A DNA stretch of 64,000 nucleotides. It comes from Raillietiella orientalis. Its lineage: Eukaryota. Under the pieces are notes generated by a model. The model had not been told where the DNA came from. It did no database searches and was given only the letters and a program-made list of their open reading frames with translations. Both the position numbers and the translations under genes were made by a program. The stretch covers positions 2,976,001 through 3,040,000 of the forward strand of contig JAYWIR010000002.1 in the NCBI GenBank assembly GCA_036172245.1, read 5' to 3'. Positions within the stretch are counted from its first letter, which is position 1. Each line of letters begins with the position of its first letter. Positions 37,901 through 49,900 of this stretch are shown here, one piece after another.

Positions 37901-40900
37901 GCCACTGCCGGCACCGACCAGAATTGGCCAAGGAAATCGTAAAGCTGCACCGCGACAGACAAAGTTCACACGCCCGCACGGACAACTCCTCGCCATGCTC
38001 CAAAGAGCACAGCATCCCACACTTCTTCGATCTGCGATTCCCCAGTCGTCGAGCGTCTGCACTGATTTCTTCCGAACGCACTTGCAGCTTTCGACTTGCC
38101 GGATCTTCGCACTTCCTCCTGACAACGCTTAATTACATGGGCGCAAAAAGGGTTTGGAGCTTTGCTTTCCCTCCCCTCCGCCCTCCCACCCAACCACCCG
38201 GGTTCTCCACGGGCGCGGAGCCGACAGAACCACCCGAACGGATGTGGGGGGGGGGGATGCCGGAATGGAAACTTCGAACAGCGCCGAATTTTAAGGGCAA
38301 TTAAAAGAATGGGGCGCGCGCACTTCGGAGCGCCTTGCAGGGCCGCACGCTTCCGAGAACCATTCTTCTTACGGCATAAACGAAGTGGACGTGAAATCGG
38401 ATCCACTTCTGGAAACTGCGAAAACAAAAGAACTGGAGGAAGAAGAAGAAGAAGAAGAAGAGGAGGAGGAAGGGAAAAAAAAAAAAAAACAAAGCGAATC
38501 GTTTCTTCGGTACGGCTGGCAGGAAGGCTTTCTGTTGCCCAATATAGGCGTGCCATAAAATTAATAGTTTCTCGAAAGGAGAAAGAACAAAACGTGTCTG
38601 CCGCCTCTTTCTTTCGACCCTGCGGTACGAGTGGCAAGCGGCAACGTTCTCAGGGAGATCTGTGGTAACTACGATGGCACAAGGAAGCGCGACAAGGGAT
38701 TGTTTGTTCTTCGCCGTCGCTACGCTCGTGGGCAAGCAGAAAAAATGTGTGTGTGTGTGGGGGGGGGGGGAGAACAACAACCACGATGGAGACGGACAAA
38801 CCGTGGCCATGGTCGTGACACGGGAGGGCGAAGCCATGAGAGGGAAGAAAAAAAAAAAAAAAAAAAAAAGGAAGAGGAGGGGGGGGGGGACTTCAACAAG
38901 GAGAACGCTTCGATTCCGAGATTTCCTTCCGCGCTTTCCAGGTTCCTCCATAGTTCGGAGACAAAATGATTTATCCGATTAATTTTGGAAGCTGGATAAT
39001 GTGTGTAATTCCGTAGTGGATCCAACGGCTCAATGTTTTCGGATGCAATTTAAACGCGAAATTACTTTCCGATGAGGAGGTTATTAGATGCAGAAACTAT
39101 AATTAGAAATGCCTGAACATTCGAGTATGAAGGGTGATCCTGGATACGTGCGCGGTCAGAGATGTGTAACACGAAATTTTCTTATCGCACGGATCTGCTC
39201 GATAGGGGGTTTACGCACTTAATGACCATTCTCCTTTCCTTTTAGGGAGCGAGTCTGCTACTGCCTCCGACGAAGTACCAGATCCGGAACCGGATTAAAT
39301 CCGGGCCTCCCGAGAACGCACAGAGACACCACGACGCTCGCCAAACGGAGACTCCCTTCCCCTGATCCCCGCCCCCACCTCCCCTCCCGGGGGTCCGAAT
39401 AAACGGACTGACGGATGCGACTGGAGAGCAAGGCATGACCGCGTGCATCGACCGGCGGCAGCGAGACCACGCGTATCCTTCCTCCGGAAATCGGCAGTGC
39501 GTGCGGCTCCTTCGGCGCGCATTTCGCGCGCGCGCCTTCCCGCTCCGAAGGTGGCAAAAAGCTTCGCGGTGGAAACGTCGCCCCGGGAAGCGTGAGCGCG
39601 TACCGCCGCTCCAGGAGTGGCACGTGGCGCCTGAAACAAGGGGGAGCACCACGCGGGGTGAAGGCGGGCCGGCGGCGCCACGCGCGTTCGCTCGTTCGTT
39701 CGCGCGCGCGCGCGCGCGCCCCTTGAGCGCATTCCGACGACGTCCGCGGAGGTTCCGGGGGAAAGAAGGGACGCCGACGCTCGGAAGGATGCGCGGAGAG
39801 ACTGCCGCCGAATTTTCTCCTCCCCCCTCTCCCGTCGTTGTCACTGCCGTCCGCCCCCCTCCGGCGTACCGCGTGTCGCAGAGCGGGTTGCACTACCGGG
39901 TCCGCGGTCTACGCGAGTGGGGGTGCGCCGAGATGCTCATCCACTTCTTCCCCGCCCTCCCTTCTCCATCACTTGCCATCACTTGGCAGAGAGACCCGTT
40001 CCGTCCCGTTCTCAGCATCGATTCATTAGTCTCTCGCGCTACTTGATCCTCGGATGCTGGGAGCGCCACAGAACACGTCACCGAGAAAAATTTTAAGGAA
40101 TCTGCGTCGGAGCAACTGATGGCAGCTCAGATGAAAAAGAGGGAGGAAGACCGTGAAGGAAGGAAAAAACGGGGTTGGGGAATGAATGGAATTTCCACGA
40201 CCCCGTGCGAGGTAGCAAGAGGCAAAGAAGGGGTGCCGCTGCCTTGACGACGGAATCGAACGCATTTGGCAGAGGAGGCGGGGCCGAGGAGGGGGAATGA
40301 TGGGGTCGCGCAGCCTACGCGAGACGGAATCTTCCGGGAGCGCGCGCTCCACCTCCTGCACTTCCTAGCTGGGAGGTACGCGAGGTGCCCGGCAGGCGTC
40401 CCGGCTTCGAGGAGGAAGGTCCGGAGCTGAAGCGTGTGAGTGTGCTGCGCACGCCTGGAGAGACCGCACGCGCCCCGGTGCAGAGGGAATTTCCACGCCC
40501 TAGAGAGACACTTGGCTGAACCTGCCGAAACGAACCCGACAGGGAAGGGGGGGGGGGGGAAATACCCCCTCCGCGATCGCCGATGACGCGTGGCAGTGCC
40601 CCCAAGAAGCAATGCGGGCTGGGGCGGGAATCGTGGGACCGGCTCCGGACTGAAAGGCGAGTCTCCCGAGCCGGGGGGAAGGGAAAGGGGGAAACCCCGG
40701 CAAAGGTACCCCCTCCGCTCCTCTGAACCGTGAGCGAGCAAAAGCAGCGTGGGCAGCACATAGCTGGTGCCGCCAGGGATCCGGAGGCCGAACTGGCGCG
40801 GGGTCACACGACCTCATCCAAGCCCCAGCTGGCAACAGAAACGAAATCTGCTTTGCGCTGCCGTGTGTCTCGTGGGTGTCAGAAACTCGAGACCACCCCC

Positions 40901-43900
40901 GTGATGGTGCACGACCTCCAGCAGAGCGCCGGAGTTGACCTTGACCTCGACCGTTGCCCCGTGATCCCGCCTGTCCCTGCCGATCCAGCCGATGTGCGTG
41001 TTCGCCCGGCAGCTCCAGCACGAGCGCCAGGCTCGCCGCTGCGCTCCACCGAGCCAATAAAACACGGAGGAGGAGCATGCCGAAAGAGAAAAGGCGCCGC
41101 CGGGGCCCCTTTTCGCGACCTCCGGTCTTCCGGAACGCTACCAGCAAACTGGTTTTCCTCGGGCCCGCTTGGGTCCGGAAGGAGTGCCACATCAGATCGG
41201 ACTGCCGACACGCTGCCAAGTTACGCCCGAACAGACATGGGCGCAAACGAGTCAGGACTCGCCGCCGCCGTCGCCGTCAGGGAGAGGTGAATCTGACTAA
41301 AGACGGCAGCTCCCCGGAACCACTGTCTCTCCACCATCCGCGGAAATCCGATTCCCGCTGACGCCAGCAATCCTCGCTGTCGATCGAAGGAAAGTCTTCC
41401 CTTCTTGGTTAGAGAACCAGAGGGGAAGAACAGCACGCCCCGTTAGAGAAGACACCAGAGGTCCCTAGAGCACCGCTCTTGAGAGGAGATGCCTAGAGGG
41501 AATGCCGAAAAAGAAGGGTCGTGACAGGGGAGAATACTTCGGTGGACCTAAAAGGCAGGCGAACCTGGCGTGTCCCATGCCCCCAAGGGTCCAGGCGCTG
41601 GGATGATCCTGGCGCTCCAAGTTTCAAGGCGGGGGGAGCAAGGCTTCCTCTTGATCATCTGAGCGAACGCAGGGAGCTCGCTTTCCGGTCGCCGTTTCTC
41701 CCTGCGACGGCGAGGTTGGAAGGGTCTGCGGAGATCCAGGAATGTCCCCACATGCCCGGCGGCGCTCCGGAACGGGCGGAGCAGGGGACTCTGCTGCAAT
41801 CCTTTGATGGTTACATCGGAAAAGCTTCCCAACGGCACCTTTGAGAAGCCGCCTTCAATAACCCCGCGGTCACGGGCTGACGCCACGTGTTCGGATGAGC
41901 TGCTCTCCCCCTCCCCCTCTCTGTGTTCCACTGTCTCGAGCCCGCGGGCACACCGCAGTTTCCTCTAAGCAGCTATCTATTCGCCAGCCTCGGAGAAGGA
42001 CGGAGCGCGCCTACTGACGGGAAACCGCTGGGCTGCCGAGAGCGTCCCGACGAAGGGAGGAAATGAACTCCTGGAAGCGTCCACGACGTTGCCACGCCAT
42101 TTCTGGCTCCCCCCCTCCCCCGAGAGAGCGGACAGCTGGCCATTCGAGAAAGCGGCGGCGCGCCGCCGGTGCCGTCATCTCCAGGGGCAGAGTCGGCGCA
42201 CCGAGAGACGCGGAGAAAACCCCGTTTTGTGTCCGCCAGACTGAGGGTGTGCGTCCTTCCCAGAAAGTCTCGCCCCTCCCCCTAAACAGCACACGATGGC
42301 CGTCGTTTTCTTTCCGCAGAAGGCGGAAAGGTCCCAGAGAGGATCGTGGCCGCCGCTCCCGGCGACCACTCTTCTAGTCCCCGGAGAGTCTGCGTTTCTG
42401 ACTCCCCCAAGGGTGCAAGGTCGTAGGCAAAGAGGCAACGGCAGCCGCCTTTCAGGAACTCATCGGGGAGGAGGAGGAAGGATGGTGCCTCCACGCAGCG
42501 GGGACAAGTGGACAAGTGGAGACTTCTTGCGCATCGCACGGAGAGGTCGGCAAGCCGATGGAGTTACGGCCGCTCCGACGTCCGGAAGGGAAAGAGGTCC
42601 TAGCAGTCGCGGCCGCCTCCCCAAAGCTCCAGAGCACGCCGGAGGGGCCAGCGGGAGGAAGGGAGGCCTCTGTCCTCGTCGTGGTGGCGATGGCAGGCTG
42701 GGCAACCCTCGTTTAAAAAAGGGGTCTGCAGCGCAGAGCGGACGAAGCCGGCAGGCTGCTGCAATCCTTTCCGCCGCCGCCAGTCCACTATCGGTTTTCC
42801 AGAGCAGGGAGAAAGAGAGCAGAAGGATGAGAGGGGAAGAGGAGCCCGACGGCCTCTCTTTAGCCGAAATCCCCAGCCGCCACGCGGTCCGCTCGCAGAA
42901 TCCGTCGCCATCCTCCCGGGAGAATCGGCCCGAAGAAAGATAAAAAACAAAGACAGAGAGACCACCGCTCGTGGTCAAAGGACAACCCTAGTTCTTCCAA
43001 AGTCCCCTCTGCCCCCCCCCCCCCCCCCCCCAGTTTACGGAGGGCTGCGTCCTCGCTGCCCTTATGTAAGCAGCTCCTGCATTCCCGAAGGGAGTTCTCT
43101 CGACGTGAGGCTGCTTTTGCTGCTGCAGCTGTTTCCAGATCACGCCGGAGGTGAATTCTGGGAAAGGAAGGAAGGAGGGAAGGTGCCCCAGGGAAAACGC
43201 TTGTCAGCTTGCGGTCAGATAGCGGGAAGCTCCACTCGGAGTGTCCCAGCAAAACCTATGACGTACCGTTCCGTGCTGCTGCTTTACCATCATCATCTCT
43301 TTTTTCATCGCCATCATCAATCTGTTCCGCCACCCGACCTTGAGCGGCAGCCAAGTAAAGGCCATCATCCCACCTGCCCGAGGAAGCTTCAGACGCAGCC
43401 TCTCCCTCACACTCAACAGAAGTAGGATTGGGTGGCTCGCTTTGGGGAGGAGTTCTTTTCCTCCTTTCCCCCTTCCTCCCCCAGGAACGGTACGTGCCGA
43501 CACACGGAACGATTTCACACCGGAAAGCTCCTCTCTCTTCTCGATATCTTGGGACGTGTAAGTACTCTCGGAGCAGCCTAACGAACGCTGCGTCCAGAAA
43601 ACGGTAGCCTGTCGCTGACTCGGATACTGTGTACAGATTTATCAAGATTAGAGCATGATCTGCACAGCGGCAGCTTCGCGAAGCGTTCTTCACAGATATT
43701 GGAACATCTCCCTCGTGGTTGCAATTTACAGAATCACAAGGAACGGCTCCTCACTAAAGGAGGAGGAGGAGGAAAGAGGGGAAAGGAACGCAGAAGGAAG
43801 AAGAAAGAAATCGTGGATAGAGGAGATAAAAAGCTGCGGCGGCAGCAGCAGGAGCGGAAGAGATGGCTCGATACCTGCAATTTTGTGCGGGTTTTGATGG

Positions 43901-46900
43901 CCACCGATGCCGGCATGCACGCCGGCGATCGGGGCTTTCGGGAAGTCGAATCGACAGGCAGCTTTTGCGATTGATAGGCGGTTGCGTACCGGAAATGGGA
44001 CTGCTCCCTGCGCTATGCAGGCAGTTGTCCAAGCGATAGGAGGTTCGAGACGGGCGGACGAAACATTTCCTCCCCAGCAATGGTCACGCTTCCGGAAAGT
44101 TACCCGGAAATCGCGTCCTCAACCGCGACCGTCGCTGAGCGCGCAACGGGCCGAACACGGACAGATTGCTGCTTCTCGTCTTCGCCGATTCCCGCTGGCG
44201 TCCCCGCGTAGGAGGGACGGCTGGAGGAGCCTTTCCCATACCACGGGAAACAGGCGGACGGGGGGAGGGGAGAAGGAGGAGGAGGAAGAGAGTTGGACTT
44301 ACTCTTGGAGCAATCCAATCCTTCGTATGTAGGCTCGCACTCGCAGTAGCCGGCCGAGCAGGTGCCATGGCCGCTGCAGTCGTTGGGACAACGCACAGGC
44401 AAGTCCAAAGTCCCCATGGTGAAGGATATCTTGACCTCTTCCAAGTCGTCGTTGAAGACGCTCACATACCATTTTCCCGAATTCAGGAATCGCAGCATGG
44501 TGACGTTGGATTGTGGGAAGGATCGTTTCGAACGGACACGTTCGTGGTCACTAGGGGCGAACAGGAAGAGGTCACTCGGATGAGAGTCACTCGCGAAGGA
44601 TGGATGCGACGAAGGGACATGCAGACCTTCTGCGGAAACGTAAGCACTTCTTTTTGACCTGGTCGTTATGTGACCAGAGTTGATGAAGTCAAAGAAGTCG
44701 TACTGGGTCACGGTGGGAGCGACATTCCGGCGACCGAAAAACGCCAGGTTCGCTGTCGATGGGATGCTCAGGTTAAACCATACGTATCCCGAAGTGATCA
44801 GGAGCACTTCTGAATTCCAGTATCCAATGGGCTGGATCGTGGGCTGGTAAAAGTCGTTCAGGTGAACGGGAGTTATCGCAGGCCATCTGTACCACACTTT
44901 AGGGATGGAGAACACGACTTCCTCCGTCGGCGTCACGGAACCTGAAACGGATTCTTCTCTCAAGAGAGCCCATCAATCAAGCCGAGTCCGTGCTGCAGAG
45001 GAAGTCTGCGAGATCGAGGGTGGACTCAACAGCATGCCGGCCACAGCAGCTCGGAGAATTCATGGAGGTTCGGCGATTCCTCCGGAAAATAAGGAGGAAC
45101 GAATGTTTTACGGTCCGTCGAAGAAGACAGAGGACCAGCAGCACGCGGAGGCGGTGGCCCTGCGAAGGACACGGCCGCGTTCGGAAGCAGCGCCGGCGTC
45201 GCGGCTGGTCGCAGTAGGCACGTGCATGGGGTGCTCAGAGAGACGCCGTCGAGGGCACTCATCCCACGTTTCGCGCCGAGTTTGCGACCTGGTTGACCTG
45301 TGCGCGCGAGGCGGAAGGGCGGGAAGACTCGGGTGACGGAACACGACGTTGGTCTTTTTCCGAATGGAGGGCGGTTCCCCGACGCCCGAAATCCGTTGCA
45401 AGGAGAGAACGCGAAGTCCCCATTTCGTGGACTGGGTCCAGGCGCGGCCCGGCCAACGATGAGGAACGCGCCGACGCAGGGGAACTCTTGAGCGCCGAAA
45501 CCGGGAGAGCGCAACCCTTTTTTCATGCACGGCCGGGATCGTTGCTTCGGGTGTCTGCGTGCCCCGCGAGGGAAAAGTGGTGGTCTCCTCAAACCCGCGC
45601 ACGGATCCCTGAGGTCCTTCCCAGAGTGAACCCGTTTGCTTCGCTTACGCGGTGGCGCTCGCGCAGGCACCCGGATTGTCACTTCAACTGCTCCCTCACC
45701 TCCAGGGGGGAACGCTGCGTTCGCGCCACTCTCGGCGTCCACTGGACCACGAAAAAGGAAGCCGCAGGATCCCTCTTGAGGAAACACCGGCTGATGTAAG
45801 CCGGCGCCCTTTCCAGAGGGCGCCCGCAGAACAGAGTCCCGATCGAACTCCCGGTCCCCTTTCCTCCGTCCCGCGAAGCGTCGTCGCACTCCCTTTGGCA
45901 ACCACTCGCGGCACATCTCAAACACGTCAAGTGCAGTGCGCCAGGACCCACAGCATCTTTTCAGCCTCCGAAGAGATCGAACAGCGTTTTCCCGTGTTCC
46001 CCACGAGCGAGAGGGAGGGGGGGAGGGAAGGGGCACCCGTCTCGCGCGAGTCCGGAACTGGCGAATCGTGCACCCGGGCAGGCCTAAGTTCGAGGACAGG
46101 AAAACGAGGTTGTCGTCGGGCAGCAGAGCGGACGGAAAGATGGCCCGGAGGAATCGCGCGCGCGCCTTCGGATAACGCGGGGAGACGGAGCGCGGTGGCC
46201 TCTCCCGCGCACGAAGCCCCGAGGCGGCAAACGGCACGCACATGAAAGGGTCAGACGACCCTCTCGTCCTCCCCCGCGGGCTCCGGGCGTCGTCGACGCG
46301 GGACGCTCGCAGCGCAAGGAGTCGCACGTGCCCTTCCCTATCCCCCGGAGAGGAATCCACCGGTTCAACCGGGTAATGCAGCCCGGAGCAGGATCGAGGA
46401 GGAAGACTGTGGCCCCAGGCCCGCGCGTAGCGTGGAGGGGGATTCGGGGGGGGGAGGGGGGGCCGCTACGCAAGCAACGGAGTGATACACGCGCGCACAA
46501 CACCGGCAAGCCCACTGGGCCGGACCTCCTGCAAGCTCAGATCACAGGCGGTGCCACTGGGAAAAGAAGCACCTCCCGTGCAACTGTGCAGCTTCGGGGG
46601 AAGGAGGAAGGAAGGTCCCTCCGGGAGGTAGCACTGGGCAACGGAGCAGGTGGGGGAGCAGCCACGCACCCCTCGGAGGTGACGGCGAACGCCTCCTTCG
46701 AACGCACTGAGAACGGGGAAACGTTCCGCAAGTGAGACTTGTGGGAACGGGGTGTCCGGCCGGAAGGGAGACGACGAACGAAAGGGGGCGAGCTGCCTCG
46801 CTGAGGTTTCCACCTCTCGGCAGACGCGGCCGCCATCCGCGGGTGGCAAATGACCACGCTGGCCTGGTGCGTTCCTTGCTCCTGAGCCTTCTTCCCGTCG

Positions 46901-49900
46901 AAACACGATGAGCATCGCTCCCCCCCCCGTCCAGGACGAACCTCCGAAGCTTTTTCTGCGCTCCTGAGCGGAGCGCGGAAAAGCCGTTCCGCGGCTGCCG
47001 TGAGGCGGCGGCCGCATGCGCCGCGTCGCGCCCGTGGCCGCAGGAAGCAGCACCGTCCTCAAGAGCGCAGCATCCCTTCGCGGATGCCGTCGCGCGGGGC
47101 AACGAGAAGGAAACAGCTCGGACGCACCCAGGGGATTGTGTAAGTCGTTCTACCTTCCCTGGACGAGGAGGCCTGCGAGGAGAGCTTCCCTCTGTTGGGC
47201 CCTTTCCCTGCGGCACGGTCTGGATACGCCTTGCCCTTCCCGGAGGACGCGCGACGGGACTGGCGCTCGAAGCTGTCGGTGAAGCCGCGCGGAGCGAATG
47301 AGGAGGAAGAGGAGGGTGCTTCCGATGGGCGATCCCGACGCTCTCGCAGGAGCAGGACGGCAAGACCTCTGTGCGAGCCCCATGACAAGAAGGGGCGAAC
47401 GGAGGCGCGCACGTAAAGACTGGCCGACGCTTTCGTCCTCCCCCACGAGCACCGGGTAAAGAGAGCCGTCGTCGACTCGGGGCGACCGTGGCGCATAATA
47501 GGAGCCGCGCAAGACCGAGGCGTGGGCGGGAGGATGGTCTGGCTCAAACTGGGAACCTGGCATCCGCCCGGGGGGGGAGCCGAGTCTTCCGTAACCCTAA
47601 TTGGCGGGAGGCGAAGAAAGGCATGGGTGTGCACCGGTTCCACTTCGTCCGGGAGGCGTAGGGCGGGGCGAGGGCAGGGGGCTTGTCTTCGTCGCACCCG
47701 AGAGCAGGAACACCGTACCCCGCAACATGCGCCCTCCGGGAAGGCGTCGGGTGGGTGTCGTCGCCACGAGAATTTTCGCCCTGCAATTTCGCGGGGGCGG
47801 CGAACCGGACCGCGTGACGCCGACGGACCATGCCGACTCGCCCGCGAAGACATCCGGAAAAAGGGAGGACGGAAAGGCAACGGGACGGCTCGGAGAGACA
47901 GCAACACCTCCGGCTGGGAAGGACCACGCAAGCGCGCGCGCGGCGGCAACGCGGGAAGCGGCCTCTGACCCCTCATCTCGGTCTCCAGCGACCCTGTAAA
48001 GTTCGTCGGAAACCCCGAGAAAAACGACCCCGTGGGCCATTCACTTTTGCGATCGTGGGGTCCCCTGCTGACCTTCCTCGCCATCTTTCTCCCCAGGGAA
48101 GGAGAGCGACGAAAGGGGTGGGGCACCTCGCCACACATGCGGGACTGTGAAGCCGCGCTCAACGGCATCCGCCAGCCATGCCGTATCCCTTTGGCAACGG
48201 TCCCTGGGAGAATTCCAGGCCGCGCGCGTGCGCAATGACCGGGCGGCGGCGTTCGCAAAGACCCAAGATGACGACGACGGCGGCGACGCTTCCAGCTGCC
48301 GCAGCAGCGTGGCTCGATAAGCCTGGAAACACGCGGCGAGAAGAGTCGCGGCAGGTGGCAGGGTGCGAGAGGATGCCTCCCGGCGTTTCTCCTCCGTTGA
48401 GCCTCGAGGCGACCGAATCCGGAGATACGCAAAGGAGAGCCGCGGTCACCAGAGGGGTCTCGAAAGACCTTTCCGGTGAGCAGACCCCTCTTTCGTGACT
48501 GAAGGCTGTCCTTACGGAAGGAGACGAAGAGGTGTGAAGAAGGGAGAGTGCTGTTCCCCTCTACCCGCCTTCACCCCATCCGCTCCAGAAGGCTTCGAGG
48601 CGGGTGCGTGCGCATCCCGAGGAGAGGGGGAGCTGGGGGAGGGCACTCAGACTGCTGCTGTATCGGCTCATAACCAGGCAGGGAGCTACTGACCTCTCAA
48701 CGACGTGGACGAAACGTTAGGGCTGGGAGAGCCAGGGAGCTCGTATCTGCTCTGGGAATTCAAGCCGAACGGGGAGTCCTCCTTGAACATCAGGCACTCT
48801 CCTTCCAGAGACTGGTGGGAGGTGGTCAGGGCTAGACGGGTCGACGAAATGGAAAAGGAAAAGCAAAAAAAAAGACAAGAGTCAAGAGTCTCCTTCCTCC
48901 TTGAGGCGCCTCGACTCACCGATCAAATAGACGACGATGCCGAGGAGCAGGGCCGAAGTCAGCAGCAGGCAGATGGCCGCCAGCTTCCAGGAGCACCTGC
49001 TTTTTATCCTGTCAAGGTACTGGGGTGAGGACTTGTACCGGCGCACCAGCACCGTCCCATCGTAAAGAGGCAAAGTGGCGGAGTTCTGGTAGGAGGACAC
49101 GACGTGGGGAGGCAGAGACGTCAGGGTGGGGCCCAGGGAGGGAATGGGTCCGGTCAAGTCGCTGTTGTGAAGTGGCGAACCGGGAGCCGACGAGCCGCAC
49201 GAGTTCATGTCCTCAGAATTCGGCAGGGTGGACCTTCTGAAAGAAAGATGACGTCATCCCCTTGCCCGTGCACAACCGTACCGCCTCATACAAGCCACGC
49301 GGGAACGGGAACGCTCGGGAGCGCGAATGATACGCGCAGACGTTCCAGGACGTCTCTCTCCCCGACGCCACCTCAGGCGGCAGACACTCCTTTCCACTTC
49401 TCCCCGCCTTTCCCCCACGTCATCCCCCTTTCGGCAAAAAAGGGGACCCTCTTGTGGGATCGTATTCCAGGACACTTCCGCGCGGGCGACGCGAGCTGGG
49501 GCACGGCTCGGGGAAGTAGCAGCAGCCAGCAGTCCCATTGCCGAAAGCCCAATCGGGAGGGGAAGCGAGAGCGACGGGCCACGCCTTCGGAATTCGCCTC
49601 CTCCTCCACCCCGATGACCCCCCCCCCCCTTCCAAAGACGTGTGTGGCGTGCACGGAATGCAGGTGCACCCCAGTCGCCCACGCGCCTCCGGGCTTCGAC
49701 CGCCGCGGAGCGAACGACCCATGCGACCAGCACTGCCAACGATGCGTTCACAGGAAGAGGAGGGAGAATGGAGGGGATGGGGATGACCTTTGTTCTGAAG
49801 GAGCACCGTCGCGCAGCGAATCCTTGCGGGGGGGAGGGGGGAGGAGGTTGCTAACGGCTACGTTTCGACGCGGGAAGGGCGAGAGAAACGGCGAGATGCA

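Noticed and set aside
43500..43740. Possible extra EGF exon ([10 protein letters not shown]...)
   Set aside because: Cys spacing does not continue as an EGF repeat, and all eight canonical repeats are already accounted for.
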